Below are positions 31,229 through 42,331 of a stretch of 64,000 bases of DNA, in pieces. The notes under the pieces were generated by a model, which had not been told where the DNA came from, did not search any database, and was given only the letters and a program-made list of their open reading frames with translations. This DNA comes from a bacterium (GTDB lineage: Bacteria > Patescibacteriota > Microgenomatia > Daviesbacterales > UBA10151), in the NCBI GenBank assembly GCA_021790255.1, contig JAJYIE010000002.1, positions 413 to 64,412 of the forward strand. Reading direction: 5' to 3'. The first letter of the stretch is position 1. The number at the start of each line of letters is the position of its first letter. The position numbers and the translations under genes are program-made.

Positions 31229-31531
31229 GTGGAACGGATTTTGGCTGAGAGCCAGGCCCCTTCCGTTTTAAAGCGGCGGGAAGATCAGGTGGCCGAATCA
31301 GTGCGGTTTAAAATCGGGAGAATATTGGAAAAGAATAATATATCCGTGGGGATCGGGGTAGCCATAGTTGTTGCCACTACTTTAAGTGCGTTAGCTTATT
31401 GGCATAATCCGGTAGAATTGTCTGGTTCTTTGCGCACTTTTTTCCAGATGGGAGAATTTACTTTTTCAGGTGCTGTGGGGGCAATTGATGGTTTTGTGGT
31501 TGGTTGGGCTGGCTCTGCCATCGGGGGATGA
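31229..31531 (+). CDS. Hypothetical small membrane protein (frame open upstream to about 31110 without an ATG)
   Basis: ORF only. It may start at a GTG at 31226 or upstream. Confidence 0.25.
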   Translation: MERILAESQAPSVLKRREDQVAESVRFKIGRILEKNNISVGIGVAIVVATTLSALAYWHNPVELSGSLRTFFQMGEFTFSGAVGAIDGFVVGWAGSAIGG

Positions 31532-31557
31532 TTTTGCGGGACAAGTATTAAAAGGAC

Positions 31558-32691
31558 TTATTTTTTGGCAGTCAGCCGCTCAACTTCTTCTAAAGCGGCT
31601 TTCCTTTGTGGATCCTCAAAATATTTCCGGGCAGGTTCTAATTTCTCTATCAGCCACTCGGCAACGGCGTTTTTCAAATCCTGCGGATGTAATTTCTTTT
31701 CGGCGTAATCTTTTTCCAACTCTTCATATGAATGATAAATCAGATTTCCGCCCCACTTTCCATCGCGGGGTATTACAAAAGTGGTGTTTGGCTCATGGAA
31801 AATAAGATACTTGACCCAATCCAGAACCGGATTAAACTCAACTTCGCCTTCCGGGGCAAAAGCCTGTCGGACTTTATGCCTGATCTCGTCTGGGGTGTCA
31901 TGAATAAAAATAGAACTGTTGGGACGCGATTTGCTCATCTTAAACGTCTCCCGAAATGCATCTTTGTCACCTGCAGGAATCGGCCAAACTGACGGAGTTT
32001 CAATGCCGAGTAATAAATGATGGTGTAAAGCTACCGGCTTCATATGCTTGCCGCTTATATCTTTAAGCGGATTTACAGTAATTTGCATGGCTACATCTTT
32101 GGCGATAACATGAGCCTTACGTTGATCAGTTCCTCCGTGAGGAAGGTTGGTTTGCAGGGCGAAGATATCAGCCGCCTGCATGGCGGGATAAAGTAAAATT
32201 GCAAAATCCATTCCTTCTTCCTCTTTCCGTCCGGCGATACTGACAGATCTGACCATTCTGGCAAGCGTTGTATTGTGGCTAACTTCTGTCATGGTAGCCC
32301 AAAAGTCCGGATGTTGCTTATAAAGTTCGGATGCTTTAATGAATTTTAAATCATCAGGATTGCCGCCGACACTAAGATATCCGGCCTTAAGCGCCTCTTT
32401 AAAATATGTATCACCTAAACGGGTAATTGTTTCAAACTTGCCGTCCAGTTTTTTATTAAGCCAGGTATGCCAGTCAGCAATAAAAATTGTGACATCGACT
32501 CCGGCGTCAACGAAGTCCTTTACTTTTTGCATTGCCAAAAGGGTATGTCCGATATGAGGGATACCGGAGACCTCAAAGCCGATGTAATGACGAAGCGGCG
32601 TTCCCGATTCAATTAAAGATCTGAGTTCTTCGGGTGTTAAAACTTCATCGAGACCTCTGGTAATTAAATTAAATTTTTCGTCATTGGTCAT
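31558..32691 (-). CDS. tyrS: Tyrosyl-tRNA synthetase, archaeal/eukaryal type (class I, HIGH = PHIGH, KMSKS present)
   Basis: GFEVSGIPHIGH...ADWHTWLN and the C-terminus LHPQDLKNAVAEWLIEKLEP closely parallel Methanocaldococcus-type TyrRS. The track's extra 62 N-terminal codons (to 32877) are rejected because the MTNDEKF start matches the family. TrpRS is not fully excluded. Confidence 0.75.
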   Translation of the reverse strand: MTNDEKFNLITRGLDEVLTPEELRSLIESGTPLRHYIGFEVSGIPHIGHTLLAMQKVKDFVDAGVDVTIFIADWHTWLNKKLDGKFETITRLGDTYFKEALKAGYLSVGGNPDDLKFIKASELYKQHPDFWATMTEVSHNTTLARMVRSVSIAGRKEEEGMDFAILLYPAMQAADIFALQTNLPHGGTDQRKAHVIAKDVAMQITVNPLKDISGKHMKPVALHHHLLLGIETPSVWPIPAGDKDAFRETFKMSKSRPNSSIFIHDTPDEIRHKVRQAFAPEGEVEFNPVLDWVKYLIFHEPNTTFVIPRDGKWGGNLIYHSYEELEKDYAEKKLHPQDLKNAVAEWLIEKLEPARKYFEDPQRKAALEEVERLTAKK

Positions 32692-32779
32692 GCATATAGT
32701 ATATCCTAGCTTGATCCTAAAAAACAGTCTGTTTTTTGATTTTTTAAGGAGTATATTTGTGCTACGATAAGGAGGTATC

Positions 32780-34606
32780 ATGGACGAAGAAAAGCCGAAG
32801 TCAGCCAGGCTCACGCAAGTTAAAGATACATATCGCGTCAGTCTGCGGCTGATGAAGTTCTTATGGTTTGTTGACAACCGGATGTTTGTCGGCTCATTTG
32901 TTGCCTACACCATCCCGGCCGTTATCCCTTTTCTTAATATTTATATTTACCAATTAGTAATTGACGCGGTTGTTAAAGCGGTGACCAGCGGCGGTATGGT
33001 TAATTACCATCAGTTATATACACTGTTTGCTTTCCGGATTGCCACTTACTTTATCCAGGACGTGGCATTGCGGTCGCAAAATTTGCTGGAGCGGCTGTAT
33101 TGGACAAAAGTGCCGATTTATTTAAACGATATTCTTTTGCGTAGAACCGCTTCCCTGGATATGTATTATTACGAAAACAGCCAGTTTCGCGACCTTTTAG
33201 AAAAAAGCCGTGACTCCATTACCTTTAAGCCGCAACAACTGGCTGACTTATTGTTTTCCAGCGGCCAAAGTTTGCTGCAGTTGCTGATCGCGTTTGTGGC
33301 CATCGCCCGGCTGAATTTATTTTTGGTGATACTGGTGGCATCCATTTCAATCCCGGAGTTTTTTGTCCAAGTACGGTTGTCCCGTCTGGCTTGGGGAATC
33401 TGGTCGAACCAATCACCATACCGAAAAAAGTTTTGGTACCTTTCAAATTTGCTTCAGCGCTCTTGGGATATTAAAGAAGTCAAAATTTTTCAGCTGGCAG
33501 ATAGGTTTTTAGCAGAGTTGAAGGATATCCAAAAAAAGTTTTATCAGGAAAATGCTGTTTTGGCAAAAAAGAACTATTCCCTCAATATCGGTTTTAATAT
33601 CTTATCGACTTTGATTTTTGTAGGAGTGGAAATCTTTGTGGTAATGCAGGCCATCGCCGGAAAAATTACCGTCGGAGGCATCAGCTTTTATACCGGCGTG
33701 GTCAGCAATTTCCAAAACGGCTTAAGCGGTCTGTTTTCTAATATTCGGGGAGTTTTTGAAGACAGTCTTTACGTAAAAAGTATTTTTGACATATTGGATC
33801 TTGAGCCGTACGTCAAACAGCCGGATGATCCGGTTAAATTGGATATCAGAAAAACGCCGCGGATTGAATTTTGCAACGTCACTTTCAAATACCCTGACTC
33901 GCACAAGAAAGTATTAAAAAACTTTTCCCTGACTATTAATCCCGGAGAAAAAGTTGCTTTGGTGGGAGAAAACGGCGTCGGTAAAACCACTTTGATTAAA
34001 CTTTTGGCCCGATTTTATGATGTGACTGAGGGCGAAATTTTAATTGACGGTGTCAACTTAAAAGATTTAAGTTTGGACCAGTGGTATAAGATGATGGGAG
34101 TGCTGTTCCAGGATTTTAACCGCTACGAACACACCGCCAAAGACAACATCGCTTTCGGCAAAATTTATGAACAAATTGAGCCAGAAGAAGTGACCAAGGC
34201 GGCAATGTCTGCCGGAGCGCACGAGATGATTAAGGGGTTTGAACAAGGTTATGAACAAATGCTGGGGAAAACTTTTGAGATGGGTTTGGAGCTATCCGGC
34301 GGCCAATGGCAAAAGATTGCTTTATCCAGGGCGTTTTTACGCAACGCCCCGGTTTTGGTTTTGGATGAGCCGACGGCGGCCATTGATGCTAAAGCTGAAA
34401 GTGAAATTTTTAACCGGGTGGAAAAACTATCGCGGGATAAGACTGTCATTATCATCTCTCATAGGTTTTCCACCGTCCGCAACGCTGACAAAATTTATGT
34501 CATCAACCGGGGTAAAATTATCGAATCCGGGAGCCATGAAGAATTGATGGGATTGGACGGCAAATACGCGACTTTATTTAAACTGCAGGCGAAAGGATAC
34601 CAATAA
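32780..34606 (+). CDS. ABC transporter, fused permease/ATPase (exporter type)
   Basis: Six-TM N-terminal domain, Walker A GENGVGKTT, signature LSGGQWQKIALSRAF, Walker B LVLDEPTAA. SD AAGGAGGT precedes the start. Confidence 0.85.
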   Translation: MDEEKPKSARLTQVKDTYRVSLRLMKFLWFVDNRMFVGSFVAYTIPAVIPFLNIYIYQLVIDAVVKAVTSGGMVNYHQLYTLFAFRIATYFIQDVALRSQNLLERLYWTKVPIYLNDILLRRTASLDMYYYENSQFRDLLEKSRDSITFKPQQLADLLFSSGQSLLQLLIAFVAIARLNLFLVILVASISIPEFFVQVRLSRLAWGIWSNQSPYRKKFWYLSNLLQRSWDIKEVKIFQLADRFLAELKDIQKKFYQENAVLAKKNYSLNIGFNILSTLIFVGVEIFVVMQAIAGKITVGGISFYTGVVSNFQNGLSGLFSNIRGVFEDSLYVKSIFDILDLEPYVKQPDDPVKLDIRKTPRIEFCNVTFKYPDSHKKVLKNFSLTINPGEKVALVGENGVGKTTLIKLLARFYDVTEGEILIDGVNLKDLSLDQWYKMMGVLFQDFNRYEHTAKDNIAFGKIYEQIEPEEVTKAAMSAGAHEMIKGFEQGYEQMLGKTFEMGLELSGGQWQKIALSRAFLRNAPVLVLDEPTAAIDAKAESEIFNRVEKLSRDKTVIIISHRFSTVRNADKIYVINRGKIIESGSHEELMGLDGKYATLFKLQAKGYQ

Positions 34607-35550
34607 TGGCGGAAGATGCTGAGTTCAAAGAACAAATAACTGAACGCATTCCTCACATAAAAGTTGATCGGAACACGGAAGAGGAGGTTGAGCTGTTTTA
34701 CGAATTTACCGATCCGATAAAGTTAATGCCTTTTCGCCAGGCAGTTTTCCATACTTATCCGGAACTGAAAAAATTAGTAGATGGGTTAAGCCGTAAGGAA
34801 GAAAAACCAGTGATTGAGCAGTTTGTGGAAAATTATTTGCAGGTACACCAGGCTGAGTTTGACCAAATTATGGCGGAGCAACAAAGCCTTTTGGACGAAA
34901 GGGGGCAGGGAGCGTTGGCGGAGTTGGCTAAACTGATGGACTACCACTGGCTGAACAATGCCAATGATTATCGGGCCGTTCCAACTATTTTGCCGGTTTC
35001 GCCTTTTGGTGAAAATGTTTTCTTTCCTTCAATATTGGCGTTGCGGGATCATTGGGGCCTGGAAGATTTTTTATCAATCGGGGTTCATGAAATTTCCCAT
35101 ATGATTTTATTTGATCTTTTAAAAAATGATTATCCCGATCTTTATCTGGTTAGACATTCCAGTCCTGCTATAAATACTTTAAAAGAAGCTCTGGCGCCGG
35201 TAGTAATGAATCAATCACCTTTGAAGGATTATATAAACTTCAGCAATTACCCCAATGGTTATGTCGGCAATCCAAATTTAGCCTTAATTTTCGTCCGGGA
35301 GGCCCAGGAAAAACCCACCCAGATTACGCAGTACCTACAAGATTTATATGAAAGGATGCACCAGGACAAAAAGAAATTTCCGGAGATTATGAAGGCCATG
35401 TTTGATAAGATGTTACCCCTGGAGGATGAGTTTGATAAAAAGCAGGATTTATGGAATAAATACGGCCGCTTTGACGGATCCGGAGAAATTTGTCTTGCTG
35501 ATGAGGAAGCAGAAAAGGAATACTGTCAGCCGATTAAACTACCAGAGTGA
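34606..35550 (+). CDS. Hypothetical protein with HExxH motif (IGVHEISHMI), start overlapping the ABC transporter stop
   Basis: ORF with an ATGA overlap to the upstream gene. Single HExxH. No TM. Confidence 0.45.
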   Translation: MAEDAEFKEQITERIPHIKVDRNTEEEVELFYEFTDPIKLMPFRQAVFHTYPELKKLVDGLSRKEEKPVIEQFVENYLQVHQAEFDQIMAEQQSLLDERGQGALAELAKLMDYHWLNNANDYRAVPTILPVSPFGENVFFPSILALRDHWGLEDFLSIGVHEISHMILFDLLKNDYPDLYLVRHSSPAINTLKEALAPVVMNQSPLKDYINFSNYPNGYVGNPNLALIFVREAQEKPTQITQYLQDLYERMHQDKKKFPEIMKAMFDKMLPLEDEFDKKQDLWNKYGRFDGSGEICLADEEAEKEYCQPIKLPE

Positions 35551-35599
35551 TAGGATCGAGTCATTGTTAATCCCCGGAAAAACTGCTAATAATAAATTA

Positions 35600-37297
35600 A
35601 TGCCCGATAATTTTGATCATCTTCGTGTGGCTTATTTCTCCATGGAAGTTATGCTGCAAAGCGGCATCCCCACTTATGCCGGGGGTTTGGGTATTTTAGC
35701 CGGTGATCTGCTGCGCTCCTGTGCCGACATGCATATTCCGGTAGCCGGAGTAACCCTGGTTTATTCCGGCAGTACTTTCAAACAAATTATCAACACTGAC
35801 GGCACACAATCGTTTGAGGAATCGGACTGGCAGAAGATGGATTATTTAACCAAGCTGCCGGAAAAAATTGAAATTACCATTCAGGGCTCCCGGGTGGTGG
35901 TAGGCTGCTGGCGGTATGATTTTGTCGGCGAAGACGAGTTTGTGGTGCCGGTGTACCTTTTAGACACTGATTTTCCGGAAAACGAACAGTGGGCGCGCAA
36001 TCTGACCAAGGCGCTTTACGGTGGTGACGGCAGCGTCCGTTTGGGCCAGGAAATTTTACTGGGTGTAGGCGGCGTTAAAATGCTCAAAGCCTTGGGCTAT
36101 AAAGATATTCAGACTTACCACATGAATGAGGGTCACTCAGCCTTCGTCCCACTGGCCCTTCTGCCTGATTATGACTTTAAAGATGACGCCGTCAGACAAA
36201 AATGCGCTTTTACCACTCATACGCCTGTGCCGGAGGGGCACGACCATTTCCCTTATGATTTTGCCCAAAAGCTGGCGGGCAATATTTTACCCTGGCATAT
36301 TAAAAAAATTGCCACGGAGTCTTCACTCAGCATGACGGATTTGGCAATGAACATGAGTAAGACTACCCTGGCTGTTTCCCGGAAGCACCAAAAAGTTACC
36401 CAGGCAATGTTCCCCGGCCACAATATCGATTATATTACCAACGGCGTCCATCATTTAACCTGGACAGCACCTGTGTTTCAGAATGTTTATAACCGATATC
36501 TGTCTGGTTGGGATAAGGATCCGAAACTCCTGAAAGAGGCACCGGAGAAAATTCCCGATGATGCCCTCTGGAATGCTCACCAGGACAGCAAGCGTGAGCT
36601 GATAAATTATGTCAATAAACACTTAACTTCGGTGATGTTTCCGTTTGAAAAGCCGCAGCCTGATGAATATTTTGACATGGATACACTGACCGTCGCTCTT
36701 GCTCGCCGGCCGGTGGCCTATAAACGGCCGCTGCTTCTCTACTCAGATTTGGAGCGGTTTATCAGGATTGGTGTCGGGCGGATCCAGATTATCCAATGCG
36801 GGAAGTCGCATCCCAATGATGATATCAGCCAGGGGTTTGTCCAGGAAATTGTCCGCATTTCCAAGAAGCTGCGGACGATTTTAAAGATAACTTATTTGGA
36901 AAATTATTCTCCGAAAATTGCCCGGATGCTGGTGTTTGGCTCAGATGTTTGGTTGAATACCCCGCGCCGGCCCCTGGAAGCTTCGGGAACTTCTGGGATG
37001 AAGGCAGCCTTAAACGGTGTCATCAACTTTTCAGTCCTGGACGGCTGGTGGATTGAAGGAGCAAAGATGGATCCCCTGGCCGGTTTTTCCATTGGCCTTA
37101 GTGATGACAGCGTGACTCCTTCCAACGATGATGCGGCCGATGCGGATGATTTGTATAACCGTCTGGAGAATGAGATTATCCCCATGTATTATGACCACCG
37201 TTCGGAGTGGATCATGCGGATGAAGCATGCTATTACTCTGGGTGCATACTTTAATACCCACCGCTGCGTAAAGCAATATTTGGAAAAAGCCTGGTAA
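35600..37297 (+). CDS. glgP: Alpha-glucan (glycogen/maltodextrin) phosphorylase, GT35-like short form
   Basis: N-terminus AYFSMEVMLQSGIPTYAGGLGILAGD and a C-terminal TSGMKAALNGV PLP-Lys region. The internal ATG is chosen because the track start at 35402 overlaps the upstream gene. Confidence 0.7.
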   Translation: MPDNFDHLRVAYFSMEVMLQSGIPTYAGGLGILAGDLLRSCADMHIPVAGVTLVYSGSTFKQIINTDGTQSFEESDWQKMDYLTKLPEKIEITIQGSRVVVGCWRYDFVGEDEFVVPVYLLDTDFPENEQWARNLTKALYGGDGSVRLGQEILLGVGGVKMLKALGYKDIQTYHMNEGHSAFVPLALLPDYDFKDDAVRQKCAFTTHTPVPEGHDHFPYDFAQKLAGNILPWHIKKIATESSLSMTDLAMNMSKTTLAVSRKHQKVTQAMFPGHNIDYITNGVHHLTWTAPVFQNVYNRYLSGWDKDPKLLKEAPEKIPDDALWNAHQDSKRELINYVNKHLTSVMFPFEKPQPDEYFDMDTLTVALARRPVAYKRPLLLYSDLERFIRIGVGRIQIIQCGKSHPNDDISQGFVQEIVRISKKLRTILKITYLENYSPKIARMLVFGSDVWLNTPRRPLEASGTSGMKAALNGVINFSVLDGWWIEGAKMDPLAGFSIGLSDDSVTPSNDDAADADDLYNRLENEIIPMYYDHRSEWIMRMKHAITLGAYFNTHRCVKQYLEKAW

Positions 37298-37346
37298 AAT
37301 ACCATGTCATCTCGCCGAAGGGCGGGGTCCAATTAAAATGTCTACT

Positions 37347-38741
37347 TTATTTCTTTGCGGATTGGATGAGTTGGACAACTTCGTTTTTGGTTTGCTCCAT
37401 TTTTACTTTATCTTTAGCTTCAACGTTTAATCTGATTAGGGGCTCGGTATTGGAAGACCGGAGAGAAATGCGCAAATCCGGATAGCTGACGGCTACGCCG
37501 TCCAACGTGGAAATTTCCCCATCAGCATATTTTTGTTTGACTAGATCCAAAAGCTCCGGCCCGTTTTTGACTTCAAAGTTAATTTCGCTGGATTCAAAAG
37601 CCCGCCGGCAACTTTCGGCAATCTCCGATAAAGGTTTGCCTTCCCGACTCATAACTGCCAGGATAATTAAGATTACCGGCATTTGCGCTTCAGCACCGCC
37701 GGTAGCGGCAAAAAAATAATGGGCTGAACTCTCCCCTGCAAAGATAGCGCCTTCGTTTTGCAGTTGTTCGGTAATGAACGCATGGCCGACTTTAGAAACA
37801 GACAACTTCCCGCCCGCCTCATCCACATTTTCCCGGGCATTAATCAGATAGCGAATATCAGCAATAATCGTGGCCCCGGGGTGGGTTTTCAGAAGTTCCT
37901 TAGCAATAATTGAGGTAATAATTGACGGCGGGACTATCTGGCCATTTTCATCAACGATGAACATCCTATCCCCGTCGCCGTCCGGCGCCAGTCCGATATC
38001 GGCGCCGGTCTCCCGGACTTTATTTTGCAAATCAACCAAGTTTTTTGGCTGCAGTGGATCGGGTTGATGGGCCGGAAAATTTCCATCCAAGTTGAAATTC
38101 ATCCTGGTCAGCTCGCCGGGAATGTGTTTGAACAACTCCTCAACGTAAAGACTGCCCATGGCGTTACCGGCATCGGCAACAACTTTGAAAGGCTTAATAT
38201 TGGGATGGCCGGCTATTTCCAAAGCTTTCTCGGCCTCTTTTTCCAAAACGCTGCTTTCTTCGGTGACGCTGCCCTGTCCCGCCGGCGGCTGGACACCTTC
38301 TAAAGCCAGGCGTTTAATTTCATCAATGCCGGTGTTTTTGCCGATTTTCAGAACGCCCTTGTCAATCTTTCTGATAATTTTCATGCCGTTATACTCTTTG
38401 GGGTTATGGGAAGCGGAAATAATAAATCCGCCGTCTAATCCCAGGTTACTGACGGCAAAATAAAACGATGGTGTGGACAAAAGCCCCAGGTCAACAACCT
38501 GAGCGCCTAAGCTGATGAGAGTGTCTTTGGCAATTTGAAAAAGTGCCGGTGAAGATAAACGCATATCACGGCCCAAACCAAATTTAAAAGGTTGGCCGGC
38601 CGGATAATCTTTGGTCAGAAAGGCGAAAATAGCCTTGGTAATTTGTGAAACGTTTTCCTCGTTGATTTCAGTCGGATAAATTCCGCGGATATCGTAACTT
38701 TTGAAAATATTTTCCGGGATAGTCATAAACTTAGCTGGCAT
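37347..38741 (-). CDS. Phosphoglucomutase/phosphomannomutase (alpha-D-phosphohexomutase)
   Basis: FKSYDIRGI N-terminus, active-site SASHNPKEYNG, and DGDGDR metal loop. Confidence 0.85.
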   Translation of the reverse strand: MPAKFMTIPENIFKSYDIRGIYPTEINEENVSQITKAIFAFLTKDYPAGQPFKFGLGRDMRLSSPALFQIAKDTLISLGAQVVDLGLLSTPSFYFAVSNLGLDGGFIISASHNPKEYNGMKIIRKIDKGVLKIGKNTGIDEIKRLALEGVQPPAGQGSVTEESSVLEKEAEKALEIAGHPNIKPFKVVADAGNAMGSLYVEELFKHIPGELTRMNFNLDGNFPAHQPDPLQPKNLVDLQNKVRETGADIGLAPDGDGDRMFIVDENGQIVPPSIITSIIAKELLKTHPGATIIADIRYLINARENVDEAGGKLSVSKVGHAFITEQLQNEGAIFAGESSAHYFFAATGGAEAQMPVILIILAVMSREGKPLSEIAESCRRAFESSEINFEVKNGPELLDLVKQKYADGEISTLDGVAVSYPDLRISLRSSNTEPLIRLNVEAKDKVKMEQTKNEVVQLIQSAKK

Positions 38742-38816
38742 TTAATTCTAACAGACTTTTTAGATTTTTGCCGCCATTGACTGTTCGCAAAGTTTTCGGG
38801 TAAAATAGATGGTTGC

Positions 38817-39834
<1,018 letters not shown>

Positions 39835-39902
39835 GGGTATGGTGTATAGCGTTTAGTTTGGGATAACAATACCCTGTATGCTACATCTTTACGCTAATTA
39901 AG

Positions 39903-40397
39903 ATGGATATTTTACAAAGTTTTGGCGTTAAGCCGATATTACTTTTAGCGCAGGCAGTAAACTTTTTTATCCTGCTTGTTATATTGAAGAAGTTTTTGTA
40001 TAAACCGGTCTTAAAGGTGCTGGATGAACGGCGCAGGAAAATTACTGAAAGCTTAAAGAATGCCGATGAGATTGAAAAACGGCTGGAGCAAATCGGCGAA
40101 GACCGGGAGAAAAAACTGCAGGAAGCCGCTAGGGACGCAGAGGAAATAATCAGGGAAGCTACACAGACGGCCGGGGTGATTGTGGCTCAAGCCCACGAAA
40201 AAGCCGCCGCCGATGCAGAAAAGATTATTGAAAAGTCCCGGCAAAGTCTAGAGCTGGAACGGGAAAAGCTGCACCAAGAAGTGCGCTCTGAGCTGGCTGA
40301 CCTGGTGGTGGCGGGTTTAGAGAAAGTCATCGGGAAAACGTTGACGGAAAAATACAAAAAAGAAACTGTGGAGAAGTCGTTGCATGAAATTGGATAA
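39903..40397 (+). CDS. atpF: F0F1 ATP synthase subunit b
   Basis: Single N-terminal TM helix followed by a long charged helix. Confidence 0.8.
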   Translation: MDILQSFGVKPILLLAQAVNFFILLVILKKFLYKPVLKVLDERRRKITESLKNADEIEKRLEQIGEDREKKLQEAARDAEEIIREATQTAGVIVAQAHEKAAADAEKIIEKSRQSLELEREKLHQEVRSELADLVVAGLEKVIGKTLTEKYKKETVEKSLHEIG

Positions 40398-40782
40398 AAA
40401 AACTAGAAAGATTATTGACCAGATGGTTAAAATCAGTTTTGATAAGGCGGGGCGGCTGGACGGCGCCCAGGCCAGAAAAAATGCCGAGCTTTTGGCTGCT
40501 CTTCCTCGCTGGTCAGCCATTGCCTCTATGAGTGAGTATCTGCACAGAATAAAGAGTGAAGTCGGAAAAACGACTTTGCTGATTGAGTCTCCCCTTTCCC
40601 TTGCAGCACCCCAGCAGCAAAAGATTCGGCAAAGTTTTTCGGATAAGTATTTGGTTAATGATGTGCAAACAGTAGTCGACAGTTCACTTTTTGGTGGTGT
40701 AAGGGTAAAATTAGGAGACATGGTCTTTGATGACAGTATCAGAAACAGGATTAACCAACTGAAAGGCGCAATTAAAGGCTAA
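40384..40782 (+). CDS. atpH: F0F1 ATP synthase subunit delta (OSCP), short 132-aa form
   Basis: C-terminal FGGVRVKLGDMVFDDSIRNRINQLK matches the delta C-terminal consensus. Confidence 0.75.
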   Translation: MKLDKKTRKIIDQMVKISFDKAGRLDGAQARKNAELLAALPRWSAIASMSEYLHRIKSEVGKTTLLIESPLSLAAPQQQKIRQSFSDKYLVNDVQTVVDSSLFGGVRVKLGDMVFDDSIRNRINQLKGAIKG

Positions 40783-40795
40783 TTAGAAATTTTCT

Positions 40796-42331
40796 ATGGC
40801 TAACAGCTTGATTGTCGATATTGAAAAACAAATTCAGGGTTTAAAAACTGCTGCTGTGGCGGAAAATGTGGGTACGGTAGTGGAGGTTGGAGATGGTATC
40901 GCCCGGATCGAAGGCCTTTCCGGGGTAAAATCCTCGGAAATGATTGATTTCGGAGAAGGGGTTTTCGGGCTGGCTTTAAATTTGGAACAATATAGTGTGG
41001 GGGCAATTATCCTTGGAGACTTTACAAAGGTAAAAGAGGGCCAGCAGGTAAAAACCACCGGCAGACTGTTGTCTGTTCCCGTTGGCGAAGACTTGGTGGG
41101 ACGGGTGGTGGACGCCCTGGGCAGGCCGGTTGACGGAAAAGGTCCGATCAAAACAAAAGAAACGTACCCCATTGAAAAAGTTGCCTCGGGGGTGATTACC
41201 CGCCAGAAAGTAACTGTGCCGCTTCAAACTGGTATCAAAGCCATTGATGCAATGTTTGCTATCGGTCGGGGGCAAAGGGAGCTTATTATCGGCGACCGTA
41301 ATACCGGCAAAACTACCCTGGCCGTAGACACAATTATTAACCAAAAAGGTAAGGGCGTAACGTGCATTTATGTGGCGATCGGCCAAAAATCATCAAAAGT
41401 AGCACAACTTGTGGCTACACTTGAGGAACACGGAGCAATGGACCACACCATTATTGTTACCGCTCCAGCCTCCTCCCCTGCTCCGATGCAATATATTGCT
41501 CCCTACGCCGGATGCGCTATGGGGGAATATTTTATGGATAAGGGCAGCGATGCCCTGATTATTTATGATGATTTGTCAAAGCACGCCTGGGCTTACCGCC
41601 AGGTTTCCCTGCTTCTGCGGCGCCCTTCTGGCCGGGAAGCTTACCCGGGAGATGTTTTTTACCTGCATTCCAGGCTTTTGGAGCGGGCATCCCGGATGAA
41701 TTCCGACTATGGCGGTGGGTCTCTTACCGCTCTGCCGATTATTGAAACCCAGGCGGGAGACGTTTCTGCCTATATTCCCACCAATGTCATCTCCATCACC
41801 GATGGGCAGATTTATCTGGAAAGTGATCTTTTTTACGGCGGCATCAGGCCGGCTATTAACGTTGGCTTGTCGGTTTCCAGGGTTGGAGGTGATGCCCAAA
41901 TGAAAGCAATGAAGTCAGTAGCCGGTAAATTAAAGCTTGATCTGGCGCAGTATCGCGAACTGGCCGCGTTTGCCCAGTTTGCATCTGACCTTGATCCGGT
42001 GACCCGGGCGCAAATTGAGCGGGGTCGGCGGATGACGGAAGTGTTAAAGCAGCCTCAATATTCTCCGGTGCCGGTAGAAAACCAGGTCGCAATTTTGTGG
42101 GCTGCAACCCAAGGCTACATGGATGATGTTCCGGTGGAAAGAGTCCGGGAATTTGAAAAAAAGTATATATCTCATTTACAATTAAAAGAGATGAAACTCT
42201 TGGAACAGATTTTGGAGAAGAAGGAGTTGACGGATGAGATTAAATCAGGATTGGAAAAAGTTACTAAAAAGTTCGGTGATGATTATTTGAAATCGCTGCC
42301 CAAAGAGGAGAAAGAGAAAAAGGTTAAATGA
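40796..42331 (+). CDS. atpA: F0F1 ATP synthase subunit alpha
   Basis: Walker A GDRNTGKT and the alpha-specific C-terminal region. Confidence 0.95.
   Translation: MANSLIVDIEKQIQGLKTAAVAENVGTVVEVGDGIARIEGLSGVKSSEMIDFGEGVFGLALNLEQYSVGAIILGDFTKVKEGQQVKTTGRLLSVPVGEDLVGRVVDALGRPVDGKGPIKTKETYPIEKVASGVITRQKVTVPLQTGIKAIDAMFAIGRGQRELIIGDRNTGKTTLAVDTIINQKGKGVTCIYVAIGQKSSKVAQLVATLEEHGAMDHTIIVTAPASSPAPMQYIAPYAGCAMGEYFMDKGSDALIIYDDLSKHAWAYRQVSLLLRRPSGREAYPGDVFYLHSRLLERASRMNSDYGGGSLTALPIIETQAGDVSAYIPTNVISITDGQIYLESDLFYGGIRPAINVGLSVSRVGGDAQMKAMKSVAGKLKLDLAQYRELAAFAQFASDLDPVTRAQIERGRRMTEVLKQPQYSPVPVENQVAILWAATQGYMDDVPVERVREFEKKYISHLQLKEMKLLEQILEKKELTDEIKSGLEKVTKKFGDDYLKSLPKEEKEKKVK

Noticed and set aside
31558-32877. 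Longer 439-aa form of the TyrRS ORF given by the track
   Set aside because: The extra 62 N-terminal residues have no synthetase homology and would overlap the ABC transporter start at 32780. The MTNDEKF start at 32691 matches the archaeal TyrRS N-terminus.
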